Assembly: GCA_030390025.1 (NCBI GenBank)
Contig: CM059432.1
Coordinates: forward strand, 150,972,001 to 151,036,000
Origin: Squalus acanthias
Taxonomy: Eukaryota
Length of the DNA: 64,000 bases
Direction: 5' to 3'
The notes beneath the pieces were generated by a model. The model was not told the DNA's origin, did no database searches, and saw only the letters and a program-made list of their open reading frames with translations. A program made the position numbers and the translations under genes. Positions 26,357 to 39,374 of this stretch are shown here, one piece after another. Every line of letters starts with the position of its first letter. Position 1 is the first letter of the stretch.

Positions 26357-27887
26357 TGTAAGGGGTGACGTGTGGCTCTGTGCTTAGCCTGGGTGCTAGT
26401 GCGGGGTTAGGCCTTGTTGTCTGTTCTGGTCTCCAGCCAGCCTGATAACACTAGACACCTGTGAGTGGTTCGACCCACTCGCCCTTACGATTCTGACACT
26501 GGACTTAGGTGCAAGAGCAATAATGCAGAGAACACTCAGGTAGACCCGGTTGAATAGTGCGAAATGGAAAATCTTTATTGCATATTATTCAAGATTACGA
26601 GATACATGTCATAAGCACAGATTAATGACAGTACAATCTTACACACAGTTATGAAACTAATTTTAGGGAAACGAGGAGCGCACGACACATCGTAAAAGGA
26701 GACACACATTATAATTATCCTTAAAACTTAAACCCTCCCCTATCAATACCTGTCCTAATCTAGATGTGTAGGATCGAGACTCATGCTCACCACTCGTGAT
26801 AACTCGGAGAATTCCGAAACTCTGCTCGGATGTTTTTACCGCAGCACCTGATTATCCACGTGTTGATCAGGGGTCTCTGTACCCCACTTGTTTACTCGCT
26901 TCTGCTCCGGCTAGCAGGCTGGACCGTCTGCTGTCATGAAGATCTGTGTTGGTTTTCAGAGTTCGGACACCCCTCAAAGAAGAGTCTTCCTGTGCCCTCA
27001 CACCGGTTGCCGTGGCGATACGTATTGTCGTCTTCTTCTCTTCTTATCTCATCTCATCTCATCTCTTCTCGGGCCTTCTGGTTCCAACACCGTTTACCGA
27101 CTTCTCGGGATGGTGCGCCTGCCTCCAGGCCTCACAGCCCAGTTCTCCACAGATCTTCGCGGCAAGCCACGAGGTTGATCCTAGCGGATCAGAGTCCAGA
27201 GTCGTCAGGCAAGAGAATAAAAGTTCAGCAGCCTTCCAGCGAGTCAAAGCAGCAAGAGAAAGATGGACGGTTGTACTTTACAGTTATAGTGCTGTAATTC
27301 CTCTTTTCCCGCCCAATCTTAATGTCTATCTTTTGTCAGGGTTTTGGCGCTCAAACTTCTTGTATGGGGTGATCTCAGTCTTTAATGGGTTTCGGTGATA
27401 CTTGTAACTGTCTGAGTACCCGTTAATATTTCTCCCATTGTGGAACCGGCTAGTAGTCTCCCTGGAGGGGTTTCGGGGCTTCCAAATGCTTGCTGTGAGT
27501 ACCCGCAAACGGCTCTCTCATCGTAGAGTCGTGGGGATTTTGCATATTAATGTCTTTGGATGGGTCCTTGATCGCTCAGTACAATAGCCCTTGTTTGCAC
27601 CTGGGAGACCGATTTCAGTATTCATGTTTAAAGTGTAAACCCATCGCGTCTTGTCATTATCTCATCATGTTGGATCTTTTCGATCTTGCACAAATGTTTA
27701 TTGGAACGCCATCTTGTCTGCCTACTGAAAGTCTAGAACTTTCTGCCACGAGGCGTGGCGGCCATTTTACAGGCTGTTTGTGTCCGTTTTGAAACCTGAC
27801 AGCATTCTGCTGAAATAAAGCTGTTTATACGAAACTTTATGTCTCCTTCTTATTTTATAAAATCGCGATAATTTTGCGAATTCTACA
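26357..27887 (-). mobile_element. Solo LTR (~1.53 kb) of an LTR retrotransposon or ERV
   Basis: TGTA...TACA termini, 4-bp TSD AGCT (26353-26356, 27888-27891), AATAAA on minus strand at 26574-26579. Confidence 0.72.
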
Positions 27888-28062
27888 AGCTGCAGATGTC
27901 TGATTTTGATTCAATGAGCTTGTTAATTTTAAGGAGGCGCGCTGGCCGGTCCAATGAGTGGGGTCGGGTCGGCTGGCCGCCTCTGATGACATCATAACAG
28001 CAGCTGCTTTTAAAGCTGCCATCCAGCCTGAGCCTTTCCATTGTGGTTTCCTGCACTTGATT

Positions 28063-29970
28063 TAAATGCTGTGACTTCTTCCAGAGGCAAGGCAGCTTCT
28101 CGGTTTAATGATGAGTCCCTCCAAGTTCTTGCCGATTCTGTCAGAGGGCGCAGGGAGATTCTCTTCCCTCCTGATGGCCGGAGGAAGCCTCCTCAGCAGA
28201 CCAAGGCAGTCTGGCTGTGCATTGCTCAGGAGGTGAGCGCAAGGTCCATTTATGCACGGTCATGGATCCAGTGCTGAAAAAGGTTTAATGATCTTGTGCG
28301 AACATTAAATGTGAGTATCTCATCTCACTTGCCTTCACTCTGCTTCCCTTCTCTTCTCATCACCAGCACTCTGCGTTGTAAGCCTCCTCCTTCACATCCC
28401 ACCTTACTCTTGCTTCCCTTGCACCCTTTCCTACCCATCTCTGTCTCTGCACTGAATCACTTCAGCATCCTGCCTATGCACCACTTAGACTCGCTCTCAC
28501 TGTCATGCAGTGACAACAACTAACAACGCACAGGGAGCTACCTTCCTCTTGGCACCTTACCCCATCTTCGTCTCCCTCAAAGCTTCTATGTAGGGATTCT
28601 TCACACTCACTCCATCACTGTGATTGAAACGCCGCTTGTGTCCCTCCCTGCAGGAAAAGATAGCCCACAATAAGAGGGAGAGAGCAATGACTGGAGGAGG
28701 AACACCTACCCTAGCAACATTGACCAGTGCTGAGGAAGCTGCAAACGAGATTGTTGGAGGTGGCGAGTACCTGGAAGTGGGCGATGGAGAGACGGGCACA
28801 CTAGAGGAAGCTGGTGACATAATAGAGTTTCATCCCTCTCAGACTGCAATGGCATATGATGTTCATAGAGAATCGCATTGTATCATCTGCTCAAAAGGAT
28901 ATGTCTGCTACATCAATATCAGATGTCTAATTCAAGCCTTTACTCTCCCACAGGATCATCGAGCTCCCCACGATCCAGGACAAAGAGCTGGACAACTCCT
29001 CAGAGGAACCTGAAGCCTCTGAGTGAGCAGCGTCACCAGGACTCAGCGCACCCAGCACCAGCGCAGCAACGCACACCTCGGTGGGGACATCGCGAGTTAG
29101 AGTAGTGTTGCCACCTGGTCTATCTCAGCGCACAAGTGAGCATCAGCAGATGGTGGAGACAGCAACAGCAGTGGAGAGTCCTCCTCAGAGGTCACAGGAC
29201 TCTCCTAGCTCTGCTGAGCTGCATGCAGACGCTGTGCCTCTGGGGCCATCCAGAAAAAGAGCAGTTCATGAAATACAGGAACAAGTGCAGGAGTCTCTGG
29301 AAGGGTTTGCCTCCAGGGTTAGTGCGAGTGTGGAGAGAATGGATGAGTCCATCTCTAACATCAGCACTGCCGTGGTGGAGGCAATGGTGCATGAACGCAC
29401 CACCATGGATAAGATGGCAACCTCCGTGGAAAGGATGGCAACCTCCATGGAGGAAATAAGTCACCAGAGTCAGGAAAACATGGTGACTGTTCAGAATAGA
29501 ATGACATGTCTGGAGGAGCGATGGGCAGTTATTGAGCAGAGAGACCAGAGCTTCATGGATGTCCTTTTGAGGAGGACTGCCAGTGCAGATACGGGTCCTC
29601 ACGGTCCCCCTGAAGTGCAGCAAGGTGCTCTCCAGCCACTTGCCAGCACTGAGGTGCGGCTGACCCATGAGAGGGATGTTGTTGGAAGGACAGAAGTGTT
29701 GGCTCCTCTCAAAGCGCTCACATGACCATGCCACTGCGGAGCCCTCGGTCAGAGACCCACTTTGCAGAGACAACTGAGATGGCCGTTTCAGCCCCTGCAC
29801 AGCTGCAGGAAGAGCAGACTGTTGAAGAGCCCTCCCAGGCTCCCAAACCCAAAGGACGCCCGCCAAATGCGTCTAAGCAGGCACAGCATCCTAGTCAGCA
29901 AGGTGCCTCTACATCTGCTGAAGCCACAGGGGAAGCACCATGTAGAAGCACACACAAGAGAAAGATTTAG
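28063..29970 (+). pseudogene. Harbinger Myb/SANT-like gene, 3 exons, inactivated
   Basis: RFNDESLQVLADSVRGRREILF...W...RSWIQC*KRFNDL (TGA at 28275-28277); donor 28311, acceptor 28653; exon 2 EKIAHNKRERAMTGGG; exon 3 frameshifted. Confidence 0.8.
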
Positions 29971-32900
29971 CACCTATAGTCACAAGGGGACTCACTTGGG
30001 TGATGTTTCTTTTTTTTCTGACTGTTGTTGGTGTATTTTGCCATGTGTTGAAGATAAATTATGTCAAACAGTTGATTGTGTGGCCTATGTATTCTGGGAA
30101 ATGGCAGAAGTGCATCGAGGGTTCAGGGCGACTTGCTTTTGTAATGCTGATGGTAAAGTGATAGGAAATAACAGGGTATAGCAGAGATGATGTATGACGT
30201 TGGACAAGTGTCGCCTGCAATTACAGAGCCTTATGGTGGCCACCTATGGTCAAAGAGTAAGCTTATGGTAGTGTGGCATGGCAGTGTGCATACCCTGCTT
30301 GATGGGCAGCAGTGAACTGGAGGGAAGCGGCATTGGTCACAACAAGGTGCCCCTCGTCCTCCTCCTCTTCCCAGGAAGATCTGCACTGAGCCATGTGGCT
30401 GCTACTCCTCCGATTATGAAGACCAGGATGAGAGGGCATGAATGTTTCCCATCCCCTTGCTATAGATTTCATTTGAAGCAACAATCTTGCAAGCGCACAG
30501 TCGAAGTGGCCTGAAATTATTCCATTCATGCCACACTGCAGATGGGTGTCAGCTTGAACAGTCAGAAGCTCAGTCGATGTGCAAAATGTTCTCATACCTA
30601 CAACAGCAAAGTTGTTGCATTTGAATGCCAGCCATGTTTCAGGGGCGCTTTTAAAGCGCTCCACCAATGCATACAAATCATGTCCTCCAGCAACTCGTCT
30701 CCTTGAACCTGGCCTGTTTCTGACTAGTCGGGAAACAGGAGCCAGAAGCACGAAAATGGGAAACCACAATGAAAATAGGATTAGCAAGGCAGTTAACAGA
30801 CTGTTAACTGCCTTAACTACCTGTCCCACCGGTTCCAGACGGGTCAGTTTGGGAGCGGCTAAACAGACACTCACGAAAATCAGGTGGGGGCGGGATGAGG
30901 CAGGTTGGGTGTCTGAAGCCATTTTTCCCGACTTTCCCAAAAGACCCGCCTCCAAACCCGCCTCCTCAGGGCTATTAAAATCGAGCCCTTTGTGTCTGCC
31001 CTTCACGGAAGAAGATGCAAAAAACTTTCCGGAAATAGTGGAGAACCAAGGCTCTAGCGAGAATGAGGAACTGAAAGAAATTAATATTAGTAAAAAAATA
31101 GTACTGGAGAAATTAATGGGTCTGAAAGCCGATAAATCTCCAAGACTTGATGGCCTACATCCTAGGGTTTTAAAAGAGGTGGCTATAGAGATAGTGGATG
31201 CATTGGTTGTCATTTTCCAAAATTCCATAGATTCTAGAACGGTTCCCGTGGATTGGAAGGTAGCAAATGTAATCCCATTATTTAAGAAAGGAGGGAAGAG
31301 AGAAAACGGGGAACAACAGACTAGTTAGCCTGACATCAGTAGTAGGGAAAATGCTAGAATCTATATTAAGGACGTGGTAACAGGGCACTTAGAAAATAAT
31401 AATAGGATTGGGCAGAGTCAACACGGATTTATGAAAGGGAAATCGTGTTTGACGAATCTATTAGAGTTTTTTGAGGTTGGAACTAGCAGAATAGATAAGG
31501 GGGAACCAGTGGATGTGGTGTATTTGGATTTTCAGAAGGCATTCGATAAGGTGCCACACAAAAGGTTATTAAACAAAATTAGGGCTCATGGGATTGGGGG
31601 TAATATACTAGCATGGATTGAGGATTGGTTAACGAACAGAAAACAGAGAGTAGGAATAAACGGGTCATTTTCGGGTTGGCAGGCTGTAACTAGTGGGGTA
31701 CCGCAAGGATCAGTGCTTGGGCCTCAGCTGGTCACAATCTACATCAATGATTTGGATGAGGGGACCAAATGTAATATATCCAAGTTTGCTGATGATACAA
31801 AGCTGGGTGGGAATGTAAGTTGTGAGGAGGGTGCAAGGAGGCCTCAAGGGGATATAGACAGGCTAAGTGAGTGGGCAAGAACATGGCAAATAGAATATAA
31901 TGTGGAGAAATGTGGTTATCCACTTTGGTAGGAAAAATGGAAAAGCAGAGTATCTTTTAAATGGTGAGAGTTTGGGAAATGTTGGTGTTCAGAGGGACCT
32001 GGGAGTCCTTGTACACGAATCACTGAAAGTTAACATGTAGGTACAGCAAGCAATTAGGAAAGCAAATGGTATGTTGGCCTTTATTACAAGAGGATTTGAG
32101 TATAAGAGTAAAGACGTCTTACTGCAATTATATATGGCCCTGGTGAGACCACACCTAGAGTATTGTGTACAGTTTTGCTCTCCTTACCTAAGGAAGGATA
32201 TACTTGTCATAGAGGGAGTGCAACAAACGTTCACCAGACTGGTTCCTGGGACGGGGGGATTGTCCTATGAGGACAGATTGAGTAGACTAGGCCTATATTC
32301 TCTAGAGTTTAGAAGAATGAGAGGTGATCTCATTGAAACATACAAAATTCTTACAGGGATTGACAGGGTAGATGCAGGGAGGATGTTTCCCTGGCTGGGG
32401 AGTCTAGAACCAGGGGTCACAGTCTCAGAATAAGGGGTCGGCCATTTAGGACTGAGATGAGGAGAAATTTCTTCACTCAGAGGGTGGTGAACCTTTGGAA
32501 TTATCTACCCCAGAGGGCTGTGGAGGCTCAGTCGTTGAGTATATTCAAGACAGAGATCGATAGATTTTTGGATATTAAGGGAATCAAGGGATATGGGGAT
32601 AGTGCAGGAAAGTGGAGATGAGGTAAAAGATCAGCCATGATCTTATTGAATGGCGGAGCAGGCTCGAAGGGCCAAATGGCCGACTCCTGCTCCCATTTCT
32701 TATGTTCTTATGTTCTTAAATTTCAACTGGGGGAAAAGAATTAATTCTCTATTTTTCCATATTCTGGCCATCACATTGTTCCTTTTGCTCTGGAAAAGTT
32801 TAATCAATTAAAATATTAATTCCACATCGTTTCATTTGTGGAATAGTAAAACAACGGGGGGTGCGGGGAGGGGAGATTTTTTTCATCTGTACCACCTGAG

Positions 32901-34349
32901 AGTGAATTAGCAAATGCTGGGATTTTAATTGAACAAAGTTAACTGCATGACAGTAACAGAGCCGGGGCTGATTTTCCTTCTAACCCTCTGCCTGATTTTA
33001 TGCAGCACACAGGCGATGCTCTGCCCCTGAGCAGCACAGGTGAAAATCTCCCTCCACATTTGTTAGGGCTACAACATAGGTGTAGGTGCAGGGGGCCTGA
33101 GACTGGCCTGGGGTAAGGTTCCTTCAGATGTCAACAGCCTCACTGGGGGCAAGTGTCCAGCCTCCACCGGACGCTTCCCTGAGATGACACAGTCATGATC
33201 AGTAACTCATTACGTTGGAGGTTTCTGATTCCATTCCGCGGTACCCGAGGGAAATCTTCCCTCCGTGTGGGGAATCTCAAGATCGGCCCTGGATCCTGCA
33301 CGAACTACAGTGCAGATTCCTGGGGTTCGAATCATCACCATCCTTCCCTGCTCTTCTGACAATAAACCTTTCAGCTTCTCTTCCTGTAGCTCTTATTTGT
33401 CAATATTTTCTTGTCTGTGTCAATATCCCACAGATGGTTCGGCTTCACAAGGAAAGATTTCTGATGCAGTTATCGCCAATTGTTTCTCTCTCCAAGTCCA
33501 TCCAGATTGCAGATTGTTTTAATTGGCAGATGAAAGTGTGAAATTGGTGAATTGATGTTTGATCATGTTGAGACTGGGACTATATCCAGTGGAGTAGAGA
33601 AGCCTGAGGAGATTTAATAGAGGTTTTCAAAATTATGACGGGTTTTGATGAGTTAAATAAAGAAAAACTGTTTAATCTGATTCAAGGAGCAGTGATGAGG
33701 AGTAATCAATCTAAAATTGTCATTCAGAAAGTGAGGAGAGAGTTTAAAAGATTTCATAGAATCATCGAATGGTTCCAGCACAGTAGGAGGCCAGCTCGAG
33801 CACTTCAGCGAGTCCCACTCCCCACCCTTTCTCCGTAGCCCTGCAATTTTTTTCCTTCAGGTACTTATCTAAATCCCTTTTGAAAGCCACGATTGAATCT
33901 GCCTCCACCACCCTTTCAGGCAGTGCATTCCAGATCATAACCACTCGCTGCGTAAAAAAGTTTTTCCTCATGTCACCTTTGGATCTTCTGCCCATCACCT
34001 TAAATCTGTGTCCTCTGGTTCTCGACCCTTCCGCCAATGGGAACAGTTTCTCTCTATCTACTCTGTCTAGACCCCTCATGATTTTGAACATCTCTATCAA
34101 ATCTCCTCTCAATCTTCTCTGCTCTAAGGCGAACAACCTCAGCTTCTCCAGTCTATCCACGTAACTGAAGTCCCTCATCCCTGGAAACATTCTTGTAAAT
34201 CTTTTCTGCACCCTCTCTAAGGCCTTCACATCCTTCCTAAAGTGTGGTGCCCAGAATTGGACACAATACTCCAGTTGAGGCCGAACCAGTGTTTTATAAA
34301 GGTTCATCATAACTTCCTTGCTTTTGTACTCTATGCTTCTATTTATAAA

Positions 34350-34442
34350 ATTGAGAGGTCGCACAACACCAGGTTATAGTCCAACAGTTTTATTTGAAAT
34401 CACAAGCTTTCGGAGCTATCGATTTGCTCCTTCCTCAGGTGA
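34350..34442 (-). mobile_element. 93-bp Penelope pLTR-type insertion (family B)
   Basis: 9-bp TSD ATTTATAAA (34341-34349, 34443-34451); same sequence at 47842-47887 and 63747-63820. Confidence 0.88.
34400..34442 (-). ncRNA. Minimal type I hammerhead ribozyme (family B)
   Basis: Minus strand: TCAC-CTGAGGA-aGGAGC(aaatcgata)GCTCC-GAAAGCTT-GTGA; stems I and II pair, stem III is palindrome AAGCTT. Confidence 0.85.
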
Positions 34443-36734
34443 ATTTATAAAGCCCAGGATCCCATATGCTTTATTAACCGCTTTCTCAACCTGCCCTGCC
34501 ACCTTCAACAATTTGTGCACATATACCCCCAGGTCTCGCTGTTCATGTACCCTTTTTAGAATTGTACCCTTTAGTTTATATTGCCTCTCCTTGTTCTCTA
34601 CCAAAATGTATCACTTCGCACTTTTCTGCATTAATCTTCATCTGCCACGTGTCTGCCCATTCCATTAGCCTGTCTATGTCCTCTTGAAGTCCATCCCTAT
34701 CCTCCTCACTGTTCACTATACTTCCAAATTTTGTGTCATCCGCAAATTTTGAAATAGTGCCCTGTACACCCAAGTCCAAATCATTAATATATATCAAGAA
34801 AAGCAGTAGTCCTAGTACTGACCCCTGGGGAACACCACAGTATACCTTCCTCCAGTCCGAAAAACAACCGTTCACCACTACTCTCTGTTTCCTGTCATTA
34901 AGCCAATTTCATATCGATGCTGCCACTGTCCCTTTTATTCCATGGACTTCAACTTTGCTGGCAAGCCTATTATGTGGCATTTTAAGAAACGCCTTTTGGA
35001 AGTCCATGTACACCACATCAACCGCATTGCCCTCATCAACCCTCTTTGTTACCTCATCAAAAAATTCAATCAAGTTATTCAAACACGATTTGCCTTCAAC
35101 AAATCCGTGCTAACGTCCCTTAATTAATCCACACTTGTCCAAGTGACTGTTAATTTTGTCCCAGATTATCGTTTCTAAAAGCTTCCCCACCACCGAGGTT
35201 AAGCTGACTGGCCTGTAGTTGCTGGGTTTATCTTTGCACCCTATTTTGAACAAGGGTGTAACATTTGCAATTCTCCAGTCCTCTGGAACCACCCAGTATC
35301 GAAGGAGGATTGGAAGATTATGGCTAGTACCTCCGCAATTTTCCACCTTTACTTCCCTCAGCATCCTAGGATGCATCCCATCCGATCCTGGTGACTTATC
35401 TACTTTAAGTACAGACAGCCTTTCTAGTACCTCCTCTTTATCAATTTTTATCCCATCCAGTATCTCCACTACCTCCTCTTTCACTATGACTTTGGGAGCA
35501 TCTTCTTCCTTGGTAAAGACAGATACAAAGTACTCATTTAGTACCTCAGCCATGCCTTCTGCCTCCATGCGTAGGTCTCCATTTTGATCCCTAATCGGCC
35601 CCTCCCTTCCTCTTACTACCTGTTTACTATTTATATGCCAATAGAAGACTTTTGGATTCCCTTTTATGTTAGCTGCCAGTCTATTCTCATACTCTCTCTT
35701 TGCCCCTCTTATTTCCCTTTTCACTTCCCCTCTGAACTTTCTATATTCAGCCTGGTTCTCACTTGTATTTTCAACCTGACATCTGTCATACACCCATTTT
35801 TTCTGCCTTATCTTACTCTCTATCTCTTTCGTCATCCAGGGAGCTCTGGCTTCAGTTGCCCTACCTTTCCCCCTCGGGGGAATGTACCTCGACTGTACCC
35901 GAACCATCTCCTCTTTAAAGGCAGCCCATTGCTCGATTACAGTTTTGCTTGCCAATCTTTGATTCCAATTTACCCGGGCCAGGTCCATTCTCAACCCACT
36001 GAAATTGGTGTCAGTGGAGAGTTTGCCCCATTGATTCCAGAATCAGCAACCTCAGTATAAGCCTGCCAGATTCACCAGCCTAGATGTTCTGATCGACACT
36101 ATTTTTATTAAAATTACACCAATCGGAAATTCCGACTATTGGCAAAATCTACTTTTTCCAGGGTCTCCCCCCAGCAGCTGGATTTAGTGAAACAGGAGCT
36201 GCTGCACAGACATCCTACTGACAGCAATATAACAGGATCTTGAGTCTTTGCGGTAATTGTGCCCGATTTGCAACAGAGCACAGTGTGGATTGATGAACCA
36301 ATGACTATGGGGAGAGCCGCATTTAGTTTAAGAATAAATAGGTCAGCAAATGTTTGTCTCAAAGGCCCAGTTTTAGCAGAAGCCATGGAAACTGAATTTA
36401 GAATTATTCATTTAATTTGGTGTCAGTGTGTCACCAAGATCTTGCACTATTCTGATTTTCAATTGAATTGACTAAATGTCCGAATCTGCGCGTGTGTCAA
36501 GCTGTCTGTAACTGCCAACCACAAGGCTCGTTCCTTCAGCTGAGCTGACACGGTAACATAAACCTCACAGACAATTTCGAGACAATGTAGTTTTCCAAGT
36601 CAAGCGCTTGAACATGTTCTTCATCACTGTTAAAACCATGGACAGATGGACGGACTGAATTAACTTGAAGTGACAGGACTTTCTTAATTAAAAAATTCCT
36701 GTAGCTAACCCCCTTCCAATTATAAAAAAAAAGA

Positions 36735-37165
36735 CAACTTGTATTTATGTAGCATTTTTCACAACTTCAGGATATCCAAACGCTTCACACTTTTGAAGCG
36801 TACTCACTGTTGCAATATAGGAAATGCAGCAGACAATTTGCGCACAGCAAGGTCCCACAAACAGCAATGTGATAAATGGCCAGATAATCTGTTTTAGTGA
36901 TGTTGGTTGAGCGATTAATATTGGCCCCAGGACACAGAGGAGAACACCCCTGCTCTTCTTCAAAATAGTGCCATGGGTTCTTTTACTTCCATCTGAGAGG
37001 GCAGATGGGGCCTTGGTTTAACATCTCATCTGAAAGACGGCACCTTTGATAGTGCAGCACTCCTTCAGTGCAATCATGCACTGGAGTATCAGTCTAGATT
37101 ATGGAGTGGGACTTGAACCCATGAACCTTCTAACTCAGAAATGAGAGTGCTACTGCTGAGCCACG
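36735..37165 (-). mobile_element. Near full-length Deu-SINE, reverse
   Basis: Tail, Deu core and tRNA head (GGACTTGAACCC...GCTACTGCTGAGCC). Confidence 0.82.
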
Positions 37166-37256
37166 AAAGTAAACTGGTTCCTCAGGATCGCTACACTCCC
37201 CCTCGTACTCAGGTTGCTAGCCTGTCAGTATGCATCAGCTCAGATACCCACTTAAT

Positions 37257-38091
37257 GGGGGCGATTTTCCCAGCCGAGGGGAGGTGGATTTGGAGGCGGG
37301 ACTGCCGGGAAAATGACAGAATCTGGGGGCGGGTACCCATCCCGCCCCCAACCCGCCTCCGTGTCATCTTCCCAGGAGGCGGATAGCCGACCCGCGCTGG
37401 GAGCCACCTCCCCGAGGCTGGAAGGGGATTATGCCAATTAAATGCCTGTTAACAGTTAGTTAACAGGCAGTTTTTTGGATAATCCCTATTTTGCCACATT
37501 AAGTGTGGGCTTCCCGACGGCTCCGAACCTCGCCAGTGTCAGCGAGGCGGGCCGTCGGTCTGCGGGGGTCGGAGATGTCCGGTGTGCAGGTGAGTGATGG
37601 GTGCATTTGTGCGGAGGTAAGTGTGTGAGGTGTGTGTAAAGTGTTTTAAAAGCTTTATTTACCTTTACTTCTTCCTGCAGGCTTCATCCCTTCAGGTCTC
37701 AGAGTCCCTCAGCTCACCGGCACAGAAAGCAGAATGGCCGCTGAACTGTCAAAAGCTGCAGCCTTCTGCTTTCTGCTCAGGAAGGCTTTCTAATTGAGTC
37801 TTGAGTAAAGGACTCAACTTAGAAGACAGATTGTCAGTGTTTGACAGATTCACAGAGCAGTCAAACGATGACAATTCATCTGTCAAAAGCTCTTGACAGA
37901 TGAAACGTCACTCGCTGACGTCACCTGTAACCGGCTTCCCCTGAATTGGCCGGCTAGACCCGCTGGGCGGGCTTAACAAGGTCAATCAAGGGAAAATAGC
38001 ATGGGTTGGCCGGACATCGATGGAGGCGGGACGAAAACCCGACAAGTGGGAGTCCCGCCTCCATCACGTCCCCATTGGCAAAATCACCCCC
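37257..38091. mobile_element. Harbinger-type MITE (family 2)
   Basis: TIRs GGGGGCGATTTT / AAAATCACCCCC, TSD AAT/AAT. Confidence 0.88.
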
Positions 38092-38145
38092 AATGATCCT
38101 GTCAGCAAATGAACAGGTTCAATATCAAAACACTAAAAACATATT

Positions 38146-38887
38146 GGGGGAAAAATTAGGTCGCGCCCCGTTTGGGGCGCAAATATCGTCTGGACGCAAA
38201 TATTAGCGCCTGGCGCTAATTATCGCCACTGACTGGAAACTTCACTTTTACCGCCCCGGGAGGTGAGTGGAGCGCTAAATCAGGCGCTGCACACCTGTCT
38301 TAAGGCGCAAAGGCCGAGCAGTGAGGCGCTAACTCAGCGCGCGAGCGCAGCGCAGCTGCTGCCAGTTAGCGAGGGAACACAGACACACTGGCGCCGGCCA
38401 CTTCTTAAAGCGGGGGGGGGGCCAACTGTTAGGATCAGTAGGCAAAACTACCTCACAAAGCGTTGACTCAATGCAGAAGTCTCTCTTTCTCTCTCTCCGA
38501 ATCTCTCTCTCTCTCTCAGAACGAGTGGTGCAAAAATGTCAACCACAGAAAAAGAGAGGAGGAGGCCCCCTTTAAATAGCGCCCCCCCCAGCCCCACAGC
38601 GATTGATAGCGTTCCAGTCTTCCGGTCGTTGGATGCGCCAGGCGGTAAGGCAGGGGGCGCCACTCAATTTCCGCTCCGGGGCGCCACAAGGGCGTTGCAC
38701 CATGGAATGACGTCACAATCTGCGCGCGCAGGTGGTCGCGGCGGTAAAGTTTAGCGCCGCCGCACAATGTCTAGTTAAGTTCCCGAGCGGCGCAAACATC
38801 GCTGCGCCCGGGTGTTAGCGGCTTTGCGCCCCATTAGCGCCCTCTTAAGGCGCTAACGGGAGGCGCAACCAACTGAATTTTTACCCC
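38146..38887 (-). mobile_element. Internal-deletion derivative of the intact Harbinger, inverted orientation
   Basis: Nearly identical to reverse complement of 45624->~45346 joined to ~41884->41425; flanks ATT/ATA. Confidence 0.93.
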
Positions 38888-39374
38888 ATAATTTCTTGGT
38901 GTTTACTGAAAGACCTTCAACCTTTTTGACTGTTAACGTAGTGTCCACCTACTAGCTCTCCACCGTTGAGTAACCCTAGAGGTTAAGTGAGGTCACAGCT
39001 GTTAGCTGAGTGTCTGGGTAAAGAGTATATCCTTCTCTTCTTTGGGACAGAGAATGTGAGGGCAAAGTCGGATCAATTTCCCTGTGTTTAGCACCTAAAC
39101 AAAGGGCACCGTGCTCTGGAAAAAAGGGCGCAAATTCTGTGCTCCTGTTCTGCACCTGATTAGCACTGTAGCTGAATTTCTCGTGCAGCTTTTCACTTGG
39201 TTGCACCTGACTGTGCTTGAAGAGGGTGCAGTAAGATAAATGGCATGCAAATGAGTATCAGAGAATTGTACACTCAGCCTTCCTGCTCTAGTGCCAGATG
39301 CAATTCAGGAACAAACTGCTCCCTAAAAAAAAAACAGGTGTTAACAGCTTCAAGAGCTGATGTTTAGTTGTCAT

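Larger units (their letters stand above)
26274..30988. mobile_element. Decayed Harbinger transposon carrying a Myb/SANT gene, no recognisable transposase
   Basis: TIRs GGGCTTGATTTTAAT / ATTAAAATCGAGCCC, TSD TTT/TTT. Confidence 0.85.
24725..32717 (+). mobile_element. Long CR1 (ORF1 esterase end, APE, RT, tail) interrupted by a Harbinger at 26274-30988
   Basis: 24725-24900 encodes WLKEWCGRKGFQFMGHWHQYW...DGLHLN (SGNH-type ORF1 C-terminus); APE 25055-25570; resumes at 30989; RT 31374-32433; TTCTTATG tail. Confidence 0.9.
33755..36007 (-). mobile_element. CR1 LINE (different subfamily) with Penelope mini-insertion
   Basis: ORFs 33762-34364, 34576-34878, 35110-35994. Confidence 0.92.

Noticed and set aside
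30263..31328. Long ORFs of 321 aa (-) and 249 aa (+)
   Set aside because: Chimeric read-through across the Harbinger/CR1 junction; no coherent domain
23108..32717. Single CR1 with twin-priming inversion at 24725
   Set aside because: Both arms have their own RT region and 3' tail, so they are two independent head-to-head insertions
33215..33541. Coding exon in unique sequence
   Set aside because: No recognisable motif; the most protein-like minus frame has two stops
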